In this document: positions 33,673 to 38,371 of the stretch, in pieces | How the letters are laid out: each line of letters starts with the position of its first letter | How positions within the stretch are numbered: the stretch's first letter is position 1 | Source of the DNA: a virus | Lineage: Duplodnaviria > Caudoviricetes | Length of the DNA: 38,371 nucleotides | IMG/VR virus record: IMGVR_UViG_3300043480_000006 | Span: 1 to 38,371 of that record | Strand: one strand, 5' to 3' | Notes under the pieces: model-generated | What the model was told of the DNA's origin: nothing | Seen by the model: the letters and a program-made list of their open reading frames with translations, nothing else | Databases searched by the model: none | Translations under genes and position numbers: made by a program

Positions 33673-34112
33673 ACGACCATTGGCATGATGTCGTCACGCA
33701 TAAAGACGTTGAGCCGTTTGTTCTTCGCGGCCTTGCGTCTTATGATGACTTCAAGGCTTGGCTGATGACGGACGGAGTGACTGAGTATAGATATCCGGGA
33801 GGAGGGTTCGTGTTCGTGGACAAGCCTGATGGCGTGGAAATACACGTCGCATTTCTTCCTGATTTCTGGGGTCGGTCCCTCGCCATGTCGTTCAGGGACG
33901 TTTTTCAGAAGGTCATGGCGGGCGGTCGGAATATAATCGCTCACGAATGGGCGGATAACTGGCGATCAATGCCGCCGAGGTCTTACGGTTTCGTTGAAGA
34001 TGGTGTATTTGAAAACACGGAGTTCGGAGTCGCGTGTAAAAGGTGGGTTCTCACACCTGAAACGTGGTATAGGTCTCCAGTAGGCAGGAAGTGCAATGGG
34101 CTTTATCGCTGA
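33669..34112 (+). CDS. GNAT-fold-like virion assembly protein (gp14 position)
   Basis: EIHVAFLPDFWGR...YGFVEDG. Confidence 0.55.
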   Translation: MNDHWHDVVTHKDVEPFVLRGLASYDDFKAWLMTDGVTEYRYPGGGFVFVDKPDGVEIHVAFLPDFWGRSLAMSFRDVFQKVMAGGRNIIAHEWADNWRSMPPRSYGFVEDGVFENTEFGVACKRWVLTPETWYRSPVGRKCNGLYR

Positions 34113-34713
34113 TATCTTTGGGGCCAAGTCTGCGGCTAAGGGGCAAAAGCAGGCCGCTCAGGCCGCGACTGACGCCTCTAACGCTTCCCTTGCCGAACAG
34201 CGCCGCCAGTATGATCTTAGCCGCTCGGATATGCAGCCGTGGCTTACGGCTGGCACGGGCGCTCTCAACAGTTATGCAAACCTTTTGGGGCAGAACGGAC
34301 AGACGGCTAGAGATACCGCGTTCGGACAGTTCACGGCGTCACCAGATTACCAGTTCCGACAGGATGAACAGGCCCGCGCCTTGACGGCCCGGAACTCTGC
34401 GCTGGGCATTCAGGACAGTGGAGCGGCGCAAAAGGCCGCGATGCAGTATGGCGGAAACCTCGCATCGGGAGAATTCAACACCTACGCAAACCGCCTTGCT
34501 GGACTTGCTGGCGTCGGTCAAACCGCTGCATCGGGGAACGCGGCGCTAGGCCAGAACTACGCAGGTGCGGTGACGAACATCAACCAGAACAAGGCTCAGG
34601 CGCTAGGGTCCAGCTATATCAATCGCGGCAACATTTACGGGAACCTCATCTCCAACCTTGGCGCGCAGGCTGAGAATGCGGCCATCAAGATGTTCACTGG
34701 AGGTTTCGGCTGA
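34096..34713 (+). CDS. DNA transfer/ejection protein (P22 gp7-like)
   Basis: QPWLTAG..AL, SPDYQFR, SGAAQKA..QYG..LAS.EF..Y.NRLAGLAGVGQ. Confidence 0.8.
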   Translation: MGFIADIFGAKSAAKGQKQAAQAATDASNASLAEQRRQYDLSRSDMQPWLTAGTGALNSYANLLGQNGQTARDTAFGQFTASPDYQFRQDEQARALTARNSALGIQDSGAAQKAAMQYGGNLASGEFNTYANRLAGLAGVGQTAASGNAALGQNYAGAVTNINQNKAQALGSSYINRGNIYGNLISNLGAQAENAAIKMFTGGFG

Positions 34714-36701
34714 TGAGTGATGTTTCGTATGACCCGCTCCGCTATGCACAGGCGGGCGAGCAGCGGATTGACAGAGCCTTTACGGGCATAGCTAACCGAC
34801 GCGCTGGACAAGCTTTGCAGCGCGGGGATTACGGCGCTGCGTCTGGCGCGCTGTTCGGTAACGGCGATCTTCAGGGTGGAGCGGCGATTCAAGATCGGCA
34901 GACTCAGCAGCAGACGGCGCAACGAACAGAGGAGGCGGCTAAGGCGGCTAGAGAGGCTGAACTTACCCTTCGCGTGACGGGAGCGCTTAGAGAGGTCCAG
35001 GCTCGAAACGGCGACGTTGTCGCTGCGTTCGATGCCATGACTCCGCAACTTACTCAGTTCGGAATTGCGCCAGAACTACAGGCCCAACTCCGCACTTTTA
35101 TTTCGTCTGACGAGAGCGCCCTAGATCAACTTGAGCGCCTAGCAGGACAGAAGGCCGCTGAATGGACATTCCGTGATGGCGGTGGAGGTGATGTCGCCGC
35201 TGTTCGTCAGACGCCGACGGGAGGTATTGAGTCGCGGTTGGCATACAACGCGCCAGACCGTCCGATTGTTACGCCGTCTGGTATCCTGCTGCCTCCGTCA
35301 CAGACAGGGGCGAATGACATGGGCGGAGCTATGCCCCCTGTCACGGGAGCCGCTATCCAGCCGAATGCGCCGACCGCTGGCCTTGTTTCTTCTATGGTTC
35401 CGATCACGGCGCAGGCGGAATCAGGCAACCGTGACGTAGACGCAAACGGAAACGTGATTACCTCATCCGCGAATGCGCGCGGACGGATGCAGGTTCTTGA
35501 TGGAACCAACACCGATCCTGGTTTTGGAGTGACCCCTGCCAGAGATGGCTCTTTAGAAGAGCGCGCGCGCGTCGGTCGTGACTACCTCGCCGCTATGATG
35601 CGGCGCTACGGGAATGACCCCGCCAAAGCGTGGGCGGCCTATAATTGGGGGCCGGGCAACCTTGACGCCGCTATCGCGCGAGACGGCGGTAACTGGCTAC
35701 AAGGCGCGCCACGCGAGACGCAAAACTATGTCTCACAAAACCTTGCAGCCCTGAATGGCGGCGGGGGCGTAACGGCACAGCAGCCTCCAGCTTCTCAAGC
35801 AATGGACGTTGGCGGCGGCTGGTCTCTGACGCCTATGCAATCGCCTGCCGACCGTCGCGCAGAGCAGCAGCTTGAACTGTCCAGAAACGCAGACCGAAGG
35901 GCGCAGGACGCAGCGAACCGCGCTGCCGCTCCGGTTCGCACCCTTTCGGCGTCTGAAGTTGAGGCGATGGGGCTTCCCTCTGGCTCTGTTGTTCAACAGA
36001 GGCCGGATGGGACGATTAATATAGTATCGGGCCGCGCAGAGAGATATACTGAAGGCCAGCGTAATGCTGCTTATTTTGCCTACAGACTTCAGGGGGCCAG
36101 TAGAGCTTTTGATGCGTTGAGACAGCGAGGAATAGTTCGCCCCTCTCCGGCTATTCTTGCTTTTGGTGAGGGCCGTTTGCGTGAGAACGCACTAAGCGCT
36201 TCAGATAGGCAGTGGCTTCAGGCGTCGCGTAACTGGCTCGCACCCATCCTGCGTAAAGATACTGGAGCGGCTATCACAGCGCCAGAGGTTGTTTTCTACA
36301 TGGGGGAATATCTTCCATCCCCTACTGACGATGACGCGACAATAGCCCAAAAACTTACAGCACAGCGCCGTGCAGAAGATGCCTTGATGGGCCTTGCTGG
36401 CGGAGCATACGCCGAACTCTACCCACAAGAGTCCCGGCCATCAGGGCGGCGTGGACCGCAGACGAACGCCCCCGGGCTGCCGTTCAACATCACCCCGCAG
36501 CAGCTTCAGTTCCGTCAGCAGTTGGTGCAAGGAGGTCGTGCAAACGTGCAAAGTCCGCGTGGATCAGAGACAAATCCGATCTACGTCAATCCCGCTGACG
36601 AAACGACCAGCTACGGAAACATTCGCCCCGGCGCATGGTTTGTTGCGCCATCCGGTGAAGTGCTGCAAAAGCCGCCCTCTAACAACAGGCGTCGTCGCTG
36701 A
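34713..36701 (+). CDS. Ejection protein with lytic transglycosylase (SLT) domain
   Basis: AQAESG, A.GRMQV, AWAAYNWGPG, ETQNYV; C-terminal LRKDTGAAI module. Confidence 0.82.
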   Translation: MSDVSYDPLRYAQAGEQRIDRAFTGIANRRAGQALQRGDYGAASGALFGNGDLQGGAAIQDRQTQQQTAQRTEEAAKAAREAELTLRVTGALREVQARNGDVVAAFDAMTPQLTQFGIAPELQAQLRTFISSDESALDQLERLAGQKAAEWTFRDGGGGDVAAVRQTPTGGIESRLAYNAPDRPIVTPSGILLPPSQTGANDMGGAMPPVTGAAIQPNAPTAGLVSSMVPITAQAESGNRDVDANGNVITSSANARGRMQVLDGTNTDPGFGVTPARDGSLEERARVGRDYLAAMMRRYGNDPAKAWAAYNWGPGNLDAAIARDGGNWLQGAPRETQNYVSQNLAALNGGGGVTAQQPPASQAMDVGGGWSLTPMQSPADRRAEQQLELSRNADRRAQDAANRAAAPVRTLSASEVEAMGLPSGSVVQQRPDGTINIVSGRAERYTEGQRNAAYFAYRLQGASRAFDALRQRGIVRPSPAILAFGEGRLRENALSASDRQWLQASRNWLAPILRKDTGAAITAPEVVFYMGEYLPSPTDDDATIAQKLTAQRRAEDALMGLAGGAYAELYPQESRPSGRRGPQTNAPGLPFNITPQQLQFRQQLVQGGRANVQSPRGSETNPIYVNPADETTSYGNIRPGAWFVAPSGEVLQKPPSNNRRRR

Positions 36702-38371
36702 TGGCTACTCAAGACCTATACGCAGCAGCCCGCGCTCATACGCAGACGCAACGTCCGCAAAACGCCGCCATGGTCGCGCCGTCCGATGTGCGGACGCGGG
36801 ACGACGGAACGCAATACGTCACGCTTAGTTCCGAGGGAACAGCAGAAACTCCGACACAGCTTCTTAATCAGGGGTTCCGTCAAGAGGAGGATGGAACGTG
36901 GGCGCGGTATGTCTCTCCCTCTGATCTAGGCGAGAATCCTGAGCAAGATCGTTTGTATGACGATGCGCGCCGCAGGACGGCGGAACTCGGAGCCCTTACA
37001 AGTTCTCAAGGAGCAGCTTATTCATCCGGCGCAACGGAGCAAATCCCGCTGCTGGATGAAGCGGCTGCTGGCGCGGTCAGCCTGATTACAGGAACGCCCT
37101 ACAGCGAAGTTCGAGACGTTCAAACTGATCTTGCGGACTTCGACCGAGAGAACTACCGGACGGCCCGAAACGCTGGCGGAATCTCTGGATTCGCTGCTGG
37201 GTTGGCGGCTCCAGGTGGAGCGTATATCCGTGGCGCTCAAGGGGCTGGCGCATTGGGGCAGACGGCCCGCGCTGCTGCGGTAGGGACAGGATATGGCGCA
37301 GCCTATGGGTTCGGCGCTGGTGAAGGTTCTGCTGCGGATCGGCTTCCGGGCGCTGTTCAGGGTGGAGTTATTGGCGGCGTAACGGGCGGAACGCTACAAG
37401 TTGGCGGACAATATGCTGGGCGGCTGCTGGGAATTTCCAACGCCAACGCGCCGCTTCCTCGCCGGTCTCCTGACGAAAACGCTGCTGCTCGGCTGGCGCG
37501 AACGATTGATGACACAGGCGGAGCGGCAACCGAACGGTCACGCCTTGAGAGCTTGGGTCTGTCGCCGTCTCTTATGGATATTGGCGGCGGCACGACTGAG
37601 CGTCTTGTCAGGACGGCGGCTGGACCGGCTGGACCGGCTGCTAACACGGCTGTGGAAAACTACGTCACCCGTGCCGCCCAACTGAAGCCGGAAGTGATCG
37701 CCTCCACCCGCCGCCTGTCGCCCGTTCAGGAGACGGCTGAACAGTATGCAGAGACGCTTGGGACGAGACGAGACCAACTTGCGTCCGCTGAATATGCTGC
37801 GCCGTATGCTGCACCAGTCGAGTTGACAGACGATGCGATTCGCGCGCTTCGGGGGCCGCAAGGTCAGGCTGCGATTGATCGGGCCATCGCCACTGAACGC
37901 GCGTTCCCTGACTATAACGTCGATCTGATTAACGAGCTTGAATCGTTGAAGGTTGCCGACCTGAACGCGCGTCCGACTGTTACGGGCCGCGCTTTGGACA
38001 GTGTTCGCCGCAACCTGCGCGACATGTCGTCTAACGCCATGCGCGGCGATGATCCTAACCGTGCTCTGGGCGCGGCAATGGCTCAAAGAGTCGAGGGTGT
38101 GGACACGGCCCTTGATGCGGCTCCAGGTCTGCTGGAGGCAAGGGGGACATTCCGTGATCTGTCAGGCCAGATCGAACAACTCGATCCGCGCACGGCCATC
38201 AACATCTTTGAAGACCCTGCCGACTTTGCGCGTCGGGTTTCCGGCCTTACGCCGGGCCAAAGAGAGGCCGCGCTTGTCCGTGTCAGACAGGACATTACAG
38301 ACCAACTCGGACGCCAGAGAGACGCCGGGACAGGTTCAATCGACAACCTGCGTCAGGCTCAATGGTCGCAG
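36701..38371 (+). CDS. Large ejection/DNA-transfer protein, N-terminal part (continues at 2..628)
   Basis: TGATG coupling; frame open to the window end (missed by the ORF track); Gly/Ala-rich hydrophobic segment. Confidence 0.78.
   Translation, partial: MATQDLYAAARAHTQTQRPQNAAMVAPSDVRTRDDGTQYVTLSSEGTAETPTQLLNQGFRQEEDGTWARYVSPSDLGENPEQDRLYDDARRRTAELGALTSSQGAAYSSGATEQIPLLDEAAAGAVSLITGTPYSEVRDVQTDLADFDRENYRTARNAGGISGFAAGLAAPGGAYIRGAQGAGALGQTARAAAVGTGYGAAYGFGAGEGSAADRLPGAVQGGVIGGVTGGTLQVGGQYAGRLLGISNANAPLPRRSPDENAAARLARTIDDTGGAATERSRLESLGLSPSLMDIGGGTTERLVRTAAGPAGPAANTAVENYVTRAAQLKPEVIASTRRLSPVQETAEQYAETLGTRRDQLASAEYAAPYAAPVELTDDAIRALRGPQGQAAIDRAIATERAFPDYNVDLINELESLKVADLNARPTVTGRALDSVRRNLRDMSSNAMRGDDPNRALGAAMAQRVEGVDTALDAAPGLLEARGTFRDLSGQIEQLDPRTAINIFEDPADFARRVSGLTPGQREAALVRVRQDITDQLGRQRDAGTGSIDNLRQAQWSQ
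38245..38371. repeat. Terminal direct repeat, identical to 1..127
   Basis: Exact match. Confidence 0.97.

Overview
The window is an apparently complete, circularly assembled genome of about 38.24 kb from a P22-like podovirus. The first 127 nt repeat the last 127 nt. The host is probably an alphaproteobacterium, most likely Caulobacteraceae; this is inferred from a GcrA-like gene, the SSB sequence and the high GC content. Layout: (1) the end of an ejection protein that wraps across the junction, a tailspike, and a lysis cassette (holin-like genes, GH24 endolysin, Rz/Rz1); (2) a leftward early arm of mosaic small genes with a YqaJ exonuclease; (3) a divergent control region with no recognisable CI repressor or integrase; (4) a rightward arm with Cro-like, GcrA-like and OmpR/CtrA-type wHTH regulators, an HNH endonuclease, an SF2 helicase, a putative autoregulated small-gene cassette, SLOG, VRR-NUC, SSB, GIY-YIG, a D5/SF3 helicase and a putative origin; (5) terS, a 2.7 kb accessory insert with tRNA-Asn and a structured RNA, then terL; (6) portal, scaffold, capsid, tail and ejection genes. 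Best leads: two tandem antisense sRNA-like units inside the lysis cassette, a stripped-down GcrA plus CtrA-like regulator pair, an operator-flanked acr/aca-like cassette, an HNH insertion that rebuilt the helicase N-terminus, a 29-aa peptide plus 4-TM gene pair with a duplicated leader, and a 112-nt structured RNA near the tRNA. All calls come from reading motifs by eye; no database search was run.
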